From the sequence record OZ196285.1: a stretch of DNA of 64,000 bases. One strand, 5' to 3'. The notes under the pieces were generated by a model. That model was not told where the DNA came from and did no database searches. It saw only the letters and a program-made list of their open reading frames with translations. Every line of letters begins with the position of its first letter. The stretch's first letter is position 1. Both the position numbers and the translations under genes were made by a program. Positions 46,288 through 55,991 of this stretch are shown one piece after another.

Positions 46288-46425
46288 ATGATTGATAATA
46301 TGATCCGTGACATGATTGAGTCCGAGATCGACACTGAAGACATTTTGAGCCAACTAACTGGCGCTTACGAAATGTCTATCAGTGATGCGATTGACGCGAT
46401 TCATGAGGTCACAGCAACAATGTGA
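46288..46425 (+). CDS. Small acidic protein (45 aa)
   Basis: gagagagaacattATG leader; MIDNMIRDMIESEIDTEDIL...; not in ORF track. Confidence 0.6.
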   Translation: MIDNMIRDMIESEIDTEDILSQLTGAYEMSISDAIDAIHEVTATM

Positions 46426-46432
46426 GAACTAC

Positions 46433-48505
46433 ATGATTATTCAAACCCCTGAAACAACCGTACAAACGTCTGGTAAGATGCGTACGGCTGGCTTTAATAT
46501 GAAAGCTTCAGCAAAAGGCTTTCGTATCATTTCTACTACGCTTTACAAAGATCCAATTCTAGCTATTGTACGTGAGATCACGTGTAACGGTTGGGATGGT
46601 CATCAAATGAACAAGAACGTCGATACTCCGATTGAAGTACACTTGCCTAATCGTCTTGAGCCGTGGTTCTCGGTAAAAGATTTCGGCTGTGGTATGTCTG
46701 ATGACGAGATCTTTGGTGTGTACACGACTGTGTTTGACTCAACGAAAGACGACTCGAACGACGTTATCGGTGCGATGGGGCTTGGTTCAAAGACGCCGTT
46801 CAGCTACAACAACGGTCAGTCATTCACGGTCAAGTCAATCAAGAATGGTCTGAAAGCTGTATACTCTGCATATCTTGATAAAGGTGAGCCTGCAATTACT
46901 TGTATGTCTGAGCCTGCTCCGACTGATGAACCAGATGGTGTTGAAGTAATCGTGCCTGTTGTTGAAAGCGACTTTGAACGTTTTCGTCAAGCTGCTGAAC
47001 AAGTAATGCCGTTCTTTCGTTCGCCGTCTGTTAATGTGAACACGGACATGCGTAAACGTGACTTTACATTCGGTCACTGTGGTACTTACTTTACAGAGCC
47101 TGCTCGTAATCGATATCGCAGTGCTGATGTGTACGCAGTGATGGGTAACGTTTGCTATCCGTTGAGTTCGAATCATATTAACGACATTCATACGGTGCGT
47201 GCATACTTCAATAACGCTGATATGTACATCAACTTTCCGATTGGTGAGTTAGATGTAAGCGCATCACGCGAAGAGTTGCACTATGATGATCGTACAATCG
47301 AGAACATCAACAAGCGTGTTGAATCTATCAACAATGGCTTTCTTGAATCTGCGCAGAAATGGGTTGATGAACAGACATTTGAACATGAGTCTGACGCGTT
47401 TCGTGCAATCACTGGGCGCTTCTGCTCGAACGTTGCTCGTAAACTACATTGGCAAGGTAATGACATCTACGCTTACGAGACGCGCTTACTTGCCCCGTTT
47501 GCTCTTCAAGGTAGCGTTGTACTGATGAAGCCAGAGCATTCGAACAAAGATGGCGTTCGTCGTGTGACACATGTAAGCCGTGCGACGGAGATTCTAGATG
47601 CCAGTCGCGATTTTGTTGAGAATAAGATTCACATCATTCATGATGATCTGAAGTCTGGTGGTGTTGCTATTGCCAAAGAGCAGATTCGACGTTCACGCAA
47701 GGCGTACTACTATCAGCACGACGATAAATGTTCAACGAACAAGATCATTCCGTTCGTAACTGACCGTCTGCGTGATACTGAGTACGTGATCATTAAGACA
47801 AGTGAGCTGAAAGCACAAGGTGTCGTACCTGCGAAGAAAACAGTGCAGCGTGCAGCACCGAAGCCAACTATCTCGCTGTACAAGTACACGATTGAAAATG
47901 GTCTTGAAACTGCTGACGTTGATCGCAAGTTCTTGCGTGAAGGCACGTACGTGTTTGCTAACATGTTCCGTGACGACATCGTAACTGAGTTTGGCTCCCA
48001 AAGCGGCTCGACTGTGTATCAGTGCTATGGCATGTTTCAAGAAGCAATGCGCTTAAAAGGCATTGATGTACTGTACATTGCTCGAAGCACTGACTACAAA
48101 TTCATCGATGGTAACAAAAACGCTACGAATTTCTTCAAACTGAAGTTTAACAAGCGTGACTTGCGTAGTAAAATCAACTGGAAAGCGTACACAGTCGATA
48201 AGAAAGTTAACGAGTCTCGCTACTCGGTCAATTCATTGCACGACGCGTGGAAGTGTTCTGGTATGCGTGAGCACTTTGGTTTCAACGAGGGTCGTATCGA
48301 CTGTAGTACAATCGACCGCATGAAGCGTCACTTCCCGGAAGTTAAAGACGTTGCGAACAAAGAAACTGAGAAGCACTTTGATAAGCTGCTAGAGATTCAA
48401 AAGCAGCCTCGTTACAATTTGGCATTCGAGCTGATTGATTCATACACTCGTCGTGGCGTTGCTACTGACTTACTAAAACTATTGAGAGGAAAACGTAATG
48501 GTTAA
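46433..48505 (+). CDS. rIIA: RIIA protein
   Basis: GHKL ATPase: LYKDPILAIVREITCNGWD, DFGCGM, GAMGLGSK; precedes rIIB. Confidence 0.93.
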   Translation: MIIQTPETTVQTSGKMRTAGFNMKASAKGFRIISTTLYKDPILAIVREITCNGWDGHQMNKNVDTPIEVHLPNRLEPWFSVKDFGCGMSDDEIFGVYTTVFDSTKDDSNDVIGAMGLGSKTPFSYNNGQSFTVKSIKNGLKAVYSAYLDKGEPAITCMSEPAPTDEPDGVEVIVPVVESDFERFRQAAEQVMPFFRSPSVNVNTDMRKRDFTFGHCGTYFTEPARNRYRSADVYAVMGNVCYPLSSNHINDIHTVRAYFNNADMYINFPIGELDVSASREELHYDDRTIENINKRVESINNGFLESAQKWVDEQTFEHESDAFRAITGRFCSNVARKLHWQGNDIYAYETRLLAPFALQGSVVLMKPEHSNKDGVRRVTHVSRATEILDASRDFVENKIHIIHDDLKSGGVAIAKEQIRRSRKAYYYQHDDKCSTNKIIPFVTDRLRDTEYVIIKTSELKAQGVVPAKKTVQRAAPKPTISLYKYTIENGLETADVDRKFLREGTYVFANMFRDDIVTEFGSQSGSTVYQCYGMFQEAMRLKGIDVLYIARSTDYKFIDGNKNATNFFKLKFNKRDLRSKINWKAYTVDKKVNESRYSVNSLHDAWKCSGMREHFGFNEGRIDCSTIDRMKRHFPEVKDVANKETEKHFDKLLEIQKQPRYNLAFELIDSYTRRGVATDLLKLLRGKRNG

Positions 48506-49562
48506 TCTTAGCCTACACACAAAACGTTGCATCGTTCGCGCTTCTGCGAACGGTATGACACAAAAAGCAATCGCGGAAAAGTACGAGTCTTCACCGACTA
48601 CGGTACGTCGCGTGCTTGCTGAACATCGCGAAGGCAAGTTCAGCCTGAAGCCGTCAAAGCAGACTAAACCTGCAAAGGCTAAGACTAAAGCGAAAGCTAA
48701 TAAACAGAAAACTACACAAAAAGCACTGACTGACCTTGGTAAAGCTGCTGCTAAGATGGCTAAGGTGGCTGGTGGTGCTGAAGTGAAAGCAATCACTGAG
48801 GTCATCAAGCCTGAAGAAACTGACAAAGAGTTTGCGTATGTCATTACGCCAATGAACGTGTCGTTTACGTTTAATGGTGAAGCGTACTCTGCTGATATGA
48901 CGACACCTGACTATCAAGGCATCGTGGCAGCACTGATCGCAAACGATGGTGCTAAAGCAGTTAGCTTACTTGACCTAGCGACTGGCATTGACGAGTTTAT
49001 GCAAGGTCATGTGTCTGTATCAGGTGGCGTTGTTCGCTATCGTGGTCTTATTATCGATGGTGGTATGACTAATCGCATTATCGACGCGATGAAAGCGGGT
49101 GACCACGCTCAGGTTGAGAAGCTTGTAACGTTCTTCGGCAATCTAATCAACAACCCGAGTAAGCGTGCTATCGATGAGCTGTACGGCTTCTTGGAAGCTG
49201 CTGACATCGAACTGACTGATGATGGTCATTTCCTTGCTTACAAACGTGTACGTGACTCATTTAAAGACATTCACAGCAATACTATGTGTAACAAGCCTGG
49301 CACTACTGTATGGATGCAGCGTCACGAAGTAAACGACAACAAAGATCAAACGTGTTCGGCTGGTCTGCATGTATGTTCAAAGGGTTACTTGCCACACTTC
49401 GGTAACTGTGCGTCAAGTCGTACACTGTTGTGTAAAGTCAACCCGCGTGATGTAGTGTCAGTGCCGAGCGACTACAACAATACGAAGCTTCGATGTAACG
49501 AGTATCTTGTACTCACTGAGATTGACAAGAACTTCAAGCCAATCGTGACAAAAGAAAAATAA
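48498..49562 (+). CDS. rIIB: RIIB protein
   Basis: N-terminal HTH, NPS, FLAYKRVR, CSAGLHVC, VNPRDVVSVP.DY...K.RC..Y. Confidence 0.95.
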   Translation: MVNLSLHTKRCIVRASANGMTQKAIAEKYESSPTTVRRVLAEHREGKFSLKPSKQTKPAKAKTKAKANKQKTTQKALTDLGKAAAKMAKVAGGAEVKAITEVIKPEETDKEFAYVITPMNVSFTFNGEAYSADMTTPDYQGIVAALIANDGAKAVSLLDLATGIDEFMQGHVSVSGGVVRYRGLIIDGGMTNRIIDAMKAGDHAQVEKLVTFFGNLINNPSKRAIDELYGFLEAADIELTDDGHFLAYKRVRDSFKDIHSNTMCNKPGTTVWMQRHEVNDNKDQTCSAGLHVCSKGYLPHFGNCASSRTLLCKVNPRDVVSVPSDYNNTKLRCNEYLVLTEIDKNFKPIVTKEK

Positions 49563-49568
49563 TTGAAC

Positions 49569-49618
49569 AAAAGGGTTGCTTCGGCAACCCTTTTTGCGTA
49601 TTATAGCTCTATCGAAAC
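49569..49618 (+). promoter_or_regulatory. PeSL-like cassette, copy 3
   Basis: Hairpin with TTGCTT-17bp-TATTAT, AGCTCTATCGAAAC. Confidence 0.8.
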
Positions 49619-49637
49619 AAATCACAGAGAGAACATT

Positions 49638-50003
49638 ATGATGCAAACAATCCTAGCAGACCGTCGCGCTTCACAAGAGCTTATTGAACAGCGTGACGCA
49701 GCTATCGTGAAAACACAAGACTATCGCACATCAATTGCATTTGCATTTGGTTGTATGACGGCTGAACAGCGAGAAATGTTCAACTTGTATCACCGTCCTA
49801 ATCTTGTTGAGCATCGCGACTACTTGTACTGCTCAGATGAGCAATCGATAATTGCATTTGGTCACTTGAAAGCAGCAGTGAAGTACATCAAAACGATTCT
49901 ATCTGATGCTGACATTCGCATGCTGAAACATGAGTTTCAATTTTACATTGCTGAAATTGATTACGATTCTGAGGAAGTTGCAGGGAGAACATTCGATGCA
50001 TAA
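49638..50003 (+). CDS. Hypothetical early protein
   Basis: gagagaacattATG leader. Confidence 0.7.
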   Translation: MMQTILADRRASQELIEQRDAAIVKTQDYRTSIAFAFGCMTAEQREMFNLYHRPNLVEHRDYLYCSDEQSIIAFGHLKAAVKYIKTILSDADIRMLKHEFQFYIAEIDYDSEEVAGRTFDA

Positions 50004-50397
50004 GCTATTATCAGCTATTCTATTCACCGCGTTGATTGCAGGTTGTAGTGAGCCTGCAAAGCTACCCGATTCATATCAGCCGGGCGTTGGGCCTATCGAC
50101 AGCACGTTCGAGCCAATGGAAGTAGAGCAAGCGCCTGTTGTGTATCAAGACAATGAGCCCGAATACTACGAAGACGACTCTAGTATCGACTTTGGTGATG
50201 TTGCTCTTGGTTTTGTAGCAGCAGAGGTAGTTGATAGCATGTTCGATACACGCTCATCAAAAACTGATGTGATCATCATTGAGTCTGAGCCGAAAGCTAA
50301 AACAGCAGTTGCGCCACCAAAGCCGAAAGCTAAGAAGAAGCCAAAAGCTAAGAAGAAGCCAAAGGCTAAGAAGAAAAAGAAGAAAAAGAAACGTTAA
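49996..50397 (+). CDS. Lipoprotein with acidic core and poly-Lys tail
   Basis: Lipobox IAGC; C-term PKAKKKPKAKKKPKAKKKKKKKR. Confidence 0.7.
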   Translation: MHKLLSAILFTALIAGCSEPAKLPDSYQPGVGPIDSTFEPMEVEQAPVVYQDNEPEYYEDDSSIDFGDVALGFVAAEVVDSMFDTRSSKTDVIIIESEPKAKTAVAPPKPKAKKKPKAKKKPKAKKKKKKKKR

Positions 50398-50402
50398 GAC
50401 AT

Positions 50403-50430
50403 AAAAAAAGCAGCCAAATGGCTGCTTTTT
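50403..50430. terminator. Bidirectional terminator
   Basis: AAAAAAAGCAGCC-AAAT-GGCTGCTTTTT. Confidence 0.85.
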
Positions 50431-50442
50431 GCGTTTGTGTGC

Positions 50443-51009
50443 TTATTTTTTAGCGCGTTTGAGTGCTGATTTAGCTTTAGATGTGCGTTTTACCACTTCA
50501 TCTAACTCTTGTTCCATCTTCTCAAGTTCCATGATGAACTTGTCTGTCTGTTTGATGTCAGTACGAAACACGCCTTTCGATGAGCCGATGTCCATGTCAC
50601 TGTTTAGGCTCGTCTTGAGTTTGCGTGTCAAGAACAATGCTCGGTTCAAGTCAGTCTCGAACGATGCGACTGTCTTTGGTTTGATTTGTTTTGGTTCAAT
50701 CGTCTGGTACTTCTCTATTTTCTTCATGAGCTTTTTAAGCTCTTTGAAGTCTTTACGCGCTTGACCTCCTGCGAACAACGCGCCACCGATAAGCCCGTTG
50801 ATGCCCATAGAGACTGCGCCCCATGTTGCTAATGGGATTGCCAAAGCCAAGCCACCAGTAGCCAAGCCAGTAGCAGCACCCATGCCCAGAAGACCAACTG
50901 CGCCTCCAATTGCAGCGCCAGTCGCTGCTGAACGCCCCGCCCATTGCCCGATTGTTGCTTCATGTAGCTCGTTTGATTCCTTGAACTCTTCGAATGTCTT
51001 TAGTGTCAT
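50443..51009 (-). CDS. Candidate internal head protein with glycine-zipper hydrophobic segment and coiled coil
   Basis: MTLKTFEEFKESNELHEA; GAAIGGAVGLLGMGAATG...; CCTAAATA at 51120-51127 (-). Confidence 0.65.
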   Translation of the reverse strand: MTLKTFEEFKESNELHEATIGQWAGRSAATGAAIGGAVGLLGMGAATGLATGGLALAIPLATWGAVSMGINGLIGGALFAGGQARKDFKELKKLMKKIEKYQTIEPKQIKPKTVASFETDLNRALFLTRKLKTSLNSDMDIGSSKGVFRTDIKQTDKFIMELEKMEQELDEVVKRTSKAKSALKRAKK

Positions 51010-51168
51010 TGTTAATTCCTATAAAAAGCGGGATGGCGACCATAATAAAACCAATACTCGCTGTGACCAAACGATGAGCCATGGTCACGATCCCGAAACT
51101 GTGTATGTGTGTATCATAGTATTTAGGCACGTTACGCAACACACATGAGCAAAAACTCGAAAATAATG

Positions 51169-51197
51169 TTGACTCATTGTGTAAAACACTGTAGACT
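51169..51197 (+). promoter_or_regulatory. Sigma70-type early promoter
   Basis: TTGACT-17bp-TAGACT. Confidence 0.7.
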
Positions 51198-51234
51198 GAG
51201 CATATATTGAACAAACTAACTAAAAGAGCGACTT

Positions 51235-51696
51235 ATGAATACCAAACAATTTATGCGTGCATCAAATACTGTAGTATCTTCGCTACAAATCTTCCGTGGA
51301 GATATCTCAACTGCGGTTGTAGGTGCACCAGGTTCAGGTAAGAACATCATGCTGTATGGTCTAATGACATTACACGATCCAAGCGAAGTCGCATTCATTG
51401 CGACTGAAATGAACGTTGATCACGCAGCATCGCACGTTCCACAGGGTACAACTGTGTATCAATCACGATATGATAATTTCAATTCGCTATTCAGTATCGT
51501 TTGTCGTGCGCTTCAAGCAGGTCAAAAGTGTATCTTCATTGAGCATTTGAATCTACCTGTTGCGATGCAAGATATGGACTACATTGGTCTATTAGAAGAT
51601 GTAGTGAGTTCGCATGGCGGTCGACTTGTGTTCGGTCAGCAAGAAGCGCGTAAAGCTATCAACAAGAAAATTGAGGTAACTAGATGTCAGAGATAG
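51235..51696 (+). CDS. Small P-loop NTPase-like protein
   Basis: GAPGSGKN, FIATEM, CIFIE. Confidence 0.6.
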   Translation: MNTKQFMRASNTVVSSLQIFRGDISTAVVGAPGSGKNIMLYGLMTLHDPSEVAFIATEMNVDHAASHVPQGTTVYQSRYDNFNSLFSIVCRALQAGQKCIFIEHLNLPVAMQDMDYIGLLEDVVSSHGGRLVFGQQEARKAINKKIEVTRCQR

Positions 51697-52703
51697 TATT
51701 ATTCACGAGTCTGTTCGGCTCGAAACTGTATGGCACAGACACGCCAGAGTCAGATACTGACTACAAAGCTGTCTACTTGCCGAGTGTGAAGCAATTGCTT
51801 CGCGGTCGAGAGATCAAAAATTCGGTATCGTCTACTGGTTCAGACTTTTCGAAGAATGGAGCAGACGACGAAGACTTCGAAATGGTGCCTGTTCAAGTGT
51901 TCATGCGCGATTTTGTGTCTGGTCAATCATATGCGTACGAACTCGCGTTCAGCGCACTGCAAACACCTGACGAGGAAATTAATCCACGGTTCAAAGCGAT
52001 GTGTCGTTCGCTTGTGGATAACTATTTGACTGCTAACGTCAAAGCGATGACTGGTTATGCACTCAATCAAGCTCAGAAGTATGGTGTGAAAGGCACTCGA
52101 CTCAACAGTCTGATTCAGTTCAACGATGTGCTAAGAAAGCACTATGATGCGAACTTCAACAAGCGTATCGGTGATGTTGAGCAGCTTGTCGATGATCTTG
52201 ATTACTTGACGTTGCAAGACTCATTGATCGAGCGTGTGGCGTATCATGGTCCTAAGACTCGCGACCCTGCGAACTTAGTTGACCCTGCGTTCACTGTGTT
52301 AGGCAAAGTGTTTGGATTTGAAATCACTGTTGCTGATGCGACAGCGCGTATTGATACTATGCTGAAAAAGTATGGGTCGCGTGCGTATGAAGCTCAAGCA
52401 GCGAAAGGTGCTGACTGGAAAGCTATCTCACATGCATTGCGTGTAATCGATCAAGCTATCGACTTGCTAGACAATCATAAGCTTGTGTTCCCGTTACCAC
52501 TATGCGACTTCTATCGCGACGTGAAACGTGGTTTCTACACGTGGGAGCATATAGCTGAAGTCATCGAACAACGTCTCTTAGAGCTTGAGAAAGCGAAAGA
52601 GCGTACAACGTTGCGCCAACACTCGCCAGAGCTTGTGAATTCGTTCTACAAATGGAACGACGAGTGGTTAGATGAAATGTACTTCTCATCGTTCGAGCGT
52701 TGA
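51684..52703 (+). CDS. Pol-beta superfamily nucleotidyltransferase (NrdC.11-like)
   Basis: FGSKLYGTDTPESDTDYKAVY; DWKAISHALRV. Confidence 0.88.
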   Translation: MSEIVLFTSLFGSKLYGTDTPESDTDYKAVYLPSVKQLLRGREIKNSVSSTGSDFSKNGADDEDFEMVPVQVFMRDFVSGQSYAYELAFSALQTPDEEINPRFKAMCRSLVDNYLTANVKAMTGYALNQAQKYGVKGTRLNSLIQFNDVLRKHYDANFNKRIGDVEQLVDDLDYLTLQDSLIERVAYHGPKTRDPANLVDPAFTVLGKVFGFEITVADATARIDTMLKKYGSRAYEAQAAKGADWKAISHALRVIDQAIDLLDNHKLVFPLPLCDFYRDVKRGFYTWEHIAEVIEQRLLELEKAKERTTLRQHSPELVNSFYKWNDEWLDEMYFSSFER

Positions 52704-52711
52704 TATAAATA
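52704..52711 (+). promoter_or_regulatory. T4-type late promoter
   Basis: Exact TATAAATA. Confidence 0.75.
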
Positions 52712-52737
52712 CGTTAAACAACAATGGAGACATTCAA

Positions 52738-52992
52738 ATGAAACAAGGGTTTAACGAATTTCACGCGAAAGGCGAAGTACAGTTGCAAGAGACTGAGAAA
52801 GACTTCCATGAGCGTGTGATTAAACACAAAGCAATCGACGATAAGCGTTACCCAAGCCTAGCAGCGTCTGGTCTTGAGGGCCCGTATCAAGACCTGAATG
52901 GTCGTGTGTACTACTACGATACGCGTGAGGGTATGTTATACGACCCTGACACTGACATTTATCTGTCACACAAAGACTTACGTTTACCGTAA
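52738..52992 (+). CDS. Small late protein, candidate internal head protein
   Basis: MKQGFNEF...LQE; late promoter and GGAG RBS; terminator follows. Confidence 0.65.
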   Translation: MKQGFNEFHAKGEVQLQETEKDFHERVIKHKAIDDKRYPSLAASGLEGPYQDLNGRVYYYDTREGMLYDPDTDIYLSHKDLRLP

Positions 52993-53036
52993 CACAAAGC
53001 GCCTACGGGCGCTTTTTTATTGAGAGTAATATAATC

Positions 53037-53492
53037 ATGATCAAAACACACTTCGAAGAACAATCCCTATCAATCATGCTCGATGATACTGTGCTTCTAT
53101 CTGCAACATGGGACTCCTACACTGATCGCAATTACCATTGCGAAGCAATCACCGAATGCATCGTCGAAATCCCATCAATTGGCTGCGTATTAGTGTTCAC
53201 TGATGCTGATGAAGCTCAACGACTAATCGAAACGCTGTGTCTGTCGCGTGAACTGCGTGCTGATGAGTTCGAAATCATCGGAAATCTATTCCCTTATGTA
53301 TCAATAGCCCAAGACTACGACTCATGGGAGTGCGATTGCTGTGGCTATATCACAGACATCACCACATTCATCTTGAATGGCAACTCACGTGAGTCATTTC
53401 AGTGTTACCAAGACGGTCACTTTGCCGACTCTGAATCAATTACTGCTAACAGATTAGTGCAGTTCTGCGTCGATGGAGCTGCAATTGTTTAA
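53037..53492 (+). CDS. Hypothetical protein with CxCC motif
   Basis: WECDCCG. Confidence 0.65.
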   Translation: MIKTHFEEQSLSIMLDDTVLLSATWDSYTDRNYHCEAITECIVEIPSIGCVLVFTDADEAQRLIETLCLSRELRADEFEIIGNLFPYVSIAQDYDSWECDCCGYITDITTFILNGNSRESFQCYQDGHFADSESITANRLVQFCVDGAAIV

Positions 53493-53859
53493 CCCACGCG
53501 TGCTCGTGTGTGGAGGACGCAAGTTTAGTGACCGAAAACTTGTTTATGCTGCCCTCGATAAGCTGTACAATAGCAACTACATAGGTCGCATGACTATCAT
53601 CGAGGGCGGTGCACTTGGTGCTGATCGACTTGCACAAGATTGGGCTAATCAACTGCATATCGATGTTGAATTGCTGACGTGTCCTGCTGAGTGGGAACGT
53701 TACGGTGATGTGGCAGGCTATAAACGAAACACAAGCATGGCAGACATGAAGCCTGACGTGTGTCTCGCGTTCTTGGGCGGGCGTGGTACACAGAATATGG
53801 TTGATATCTGCCGTGAGCGCAATATCAAAGTGCATACGATTAATTGGAAACACAGATGA
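53473..53859 (+). CDS. SLOG family protein (DUF2493-like)
   Basis: VLVCGGR.F.D, IIEGGALGAD..A..WA, AG..RN..M, GT.NM. Confidence 0.85.
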   Translation: MELQLFNPRVLVCGGRKFSDRKLVYAALDKLYNSNYIGRMTIIEGGALGADRLAQDWANQLHIDVELLTCPAEWERYGDVAGYKRNTSMADMKPDVCLAFLGGRGTQNMVDICRERNIKVHTINWKHR

Positions 53860-53869
53860 GGAACACATA

Positions 53870-55135
53870 ATGGGATTGACATCGTGCCAACAAGGCGCAC
53901 ACGATACTTTCGTCGATGGTGAAGGTCACTTGACTGTATCGGGACCGGCTGGTTCTGGTAAGACATTCTTGATGAAGAGTATTCTTGCATCACTGAACGC
54001 TAAAGGCAAGAACGTTGTCATGGTAGCACCAACCCACCAAGCGAAGAACGTCTTGCACAAGATGACTGGTGAAGATGTAACGACTATTCATAGCTTACTG
54101 AAGATTCACCCCGACACGTACGAAGATCAGAAGCACTTTAAACAAGCAGGTGAAGTCGAAGGGCTCGACGAAATCGATGTGCTTGTTGTCGAAGAAGCGA
54201 GTATGATCGATGATGACTTGTACGATATCATGGGCAAGACAATGCCACGCAAGACACGCATACTTGGGGTTGGTGATAAGTTTCAGCTACAGCCAGTGAA
54301 GCATGACCCAGGCGTTATATCTCCGATGTTCACTAAGTTTCAAACGTACGAAATGCATGAAGTTGTACGCCAAGCGAAAGACAATCCATTGATTCAAGTA
54401 GCAACTGAAGTGCGTAATGGCGGTTGGTTACGCAACAACTGGTCAAAAGAGCTGCGTCAAGGTGTGCTTCGCGTGCCAAACGTGAACAAAATGCTTGATA
54501 CTTACTTGAGTAAGATTAAATCACCTGAAGATTTGCTCGACTATCGCATTCTAAGCTACACAAATGACTGTGTTGATACATTCAACGGTATTATCAGAGA
54601 AAGCGTGTACTCAACGTCTGAGCCGTTTATTCCCGGTGAGTATCTTGTCACACAGATGCCAGTGATGATGAGCAATGGCAAATATCCCGTGTGTGTTATC
54701 GATAATGGTGAGGTCGTTAAGATCTTAGACGTTAGACAGATACACGTTGAGGGGGCATTGCCGAAAGTAGACAACGAAACGTTCGATGTTGCTGTGCTGA
54801 CTATCGAGAAAGACGATGGTAATGTGTATGAGTTCAATGTACTGTGGGATGATGTGCAGAAAGAACGCTTTCAACAGTATCTGAGTCTTGCTGCTGGTAC
54901 ATACAAATCGATTCGTGGTAACACTAAGCGATACTGGCGTGCATTCTGGGGCTTAAAAGAGCAGATGATTGAAACTAAGTCACTTGGTGCGTCAACTACT
55001 CACAAAGCTCAGGGTTGTACTGTGAAAGGTGTGTGCATCTACACACAAGACATGGGCTACGCAGAGCCAGAGATTGTTCAACAGCTTGCCTATGTGGCAC
55101 TAACTCGACCTACCGAGTGGGCATTGTACAATTAA
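53870..55135 (+). CDS. dda: SF1 DNA helicase Dda
   Basis: SGPAGSGKT, APTHQA, TIHSLL, VVEEASM, GD.FQL.PV, TTHKAQG, YVALTR. Confidence 0.95.
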   Translation: MGLTSCQQGAHDTFVDGEGHLTVSGPAGSGKTFLMKSILASLNAKGKNVVMVAPTHQAKNVLHKMTGEDVTTIHSLLKIHPDTYEDQKHFKQAGEVEGLDEIDVLVVEEASMIDDDLYDIMGKTMPRKTRILGVGDKFQLQPVKHDPGVISPMFTKFQTYEMHEVVRQAKDNPLIQVATEVRNGGWLRNNWSKELRQGVLRVPNVNKMLDTYLSKIKSPEDLLDYRILSYTNDCVDTFNGIIRESVYSTSEPFIPGEYLVTQMPVMMSNGKYPVCVIDNGEVVKILDVRQIHVEGALPKVDNETFDVAVLTIEKDDGNVYEFNVLWDDVQKERFQQYLSLAAGTYKSIRGNTKRYWRAFWGLKEQMIETKSLGASTTHKAQGCTVKGVCIYTQDMGYAEPEIVQQLAYVALTRPTEWALYN

Positions 55136-55148
55136 TTGAAGAAAGTGC

Positions 55149-55177
55149 TTGACGGAGCGTTGAGATAAGCGTAATAT
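55149..55177 (+). promoter_or_regulatory. Sigma70-type early promoter
   Basis: TTGACG-17bp-TAATAT. Confidence 0.7.
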
Positions 55178-55211
55178 CTATCTCAACGCCTAACAACACA
55201 AGAGAAACATT

Positions 55212-55517
55212 ATGAAATTCAAACTACCGAACTGGCTCGACAACGTTGCCATCGCCATATCTGAAGCTAAGAACTATCCGAAAGTGACAGTCGCTGCACT
55301 CATCGTGCTTGCACTGACTGCTTATGTTGCTGTCACTCGTGTTCCTGCTATCGCATCATGCACGTACACTGCTGTTATCGATCAATCAGTGCCGTGGTCA
55401 GATTGGCGTCATAACATGTGGAACAACAACTGTCAATACTTCAATGGCAAACGTTGGATCGACATCAAAAAAGTTATGGACGTTGGTGCAGGTGAACTTG
55501 ATGAGATTGAGGGTTAA
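55212..55517 (+). CDS. Membrane-anchored hypothetical protein
   Basis: TM near N-terminus; periplasmic Cys pair. Confidence 0.65.
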   Translation: MKFKLPNWLDNVAIAISEAKNYPKVTVAALIVLALTAYVAVTRVPAIASCTYTAVIDQSVPWSDWRHNMWNNNCQYFNGKRWIDIKKVMDVGAGELDEIEG

Positions 55518-55520
55518 ATC

Positions 55521-55991
55521 ATGACACTTAAATCAATCACAGAGGGCTATTCGCTCTCTGAACTTGAAGAACTAGTAGCGCAACGCCGCAAAGAGTCTCA
55601 GTTCGTAGCAAAATGGGACGACCAAGAGACGTTCATCAACAAATGTGCTGCGTTAATCATGCCGCGCCATCAATCAGAGCTTGAGAATCGTACTGATGAT
55701 CTGCATGAGTTCTATTGTGCCATGATGCGAGTAGCGTTTGGTAATGACTACTTCGATAAGCTTGAGTCTCTTCATGGTTCAGTTGCAGGCAATGGTGGTA
55801 TCATTCGCACTGTTGACCAATACGAAGCCGAAGAGATTCGAAACAAAGTCGCAGAATGGATGCAGAACGGATCGGGCAAACTGATGTTCAGCAGTACAGC
55901 TTCAGTTGCTAGAGCAGCATACATGGAAGCTATTGCGAACAGTCGCGGGCTTACAATGTATGACACAGTAGAAAAAAGCAACAAAAAATAA
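55521..55991 (+). CDS. Hypothetical protein
   Basis: GAGG RBS; 156 aa. Confidence 0.7.
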   Translation: MTLKSITEGYSLSELEELVAQRRKESQFVAKWDDQETFINKCAALIMPRHQSELENRTDDLHEFYCAMMRVAFGNDYFDKLESLHGSVAGNGGIIRTVDQYEAEEIRNKVAEWMQNGSGKLMFSSTASVARAAYMEAIANSRGLTMYDTVEKSNKK

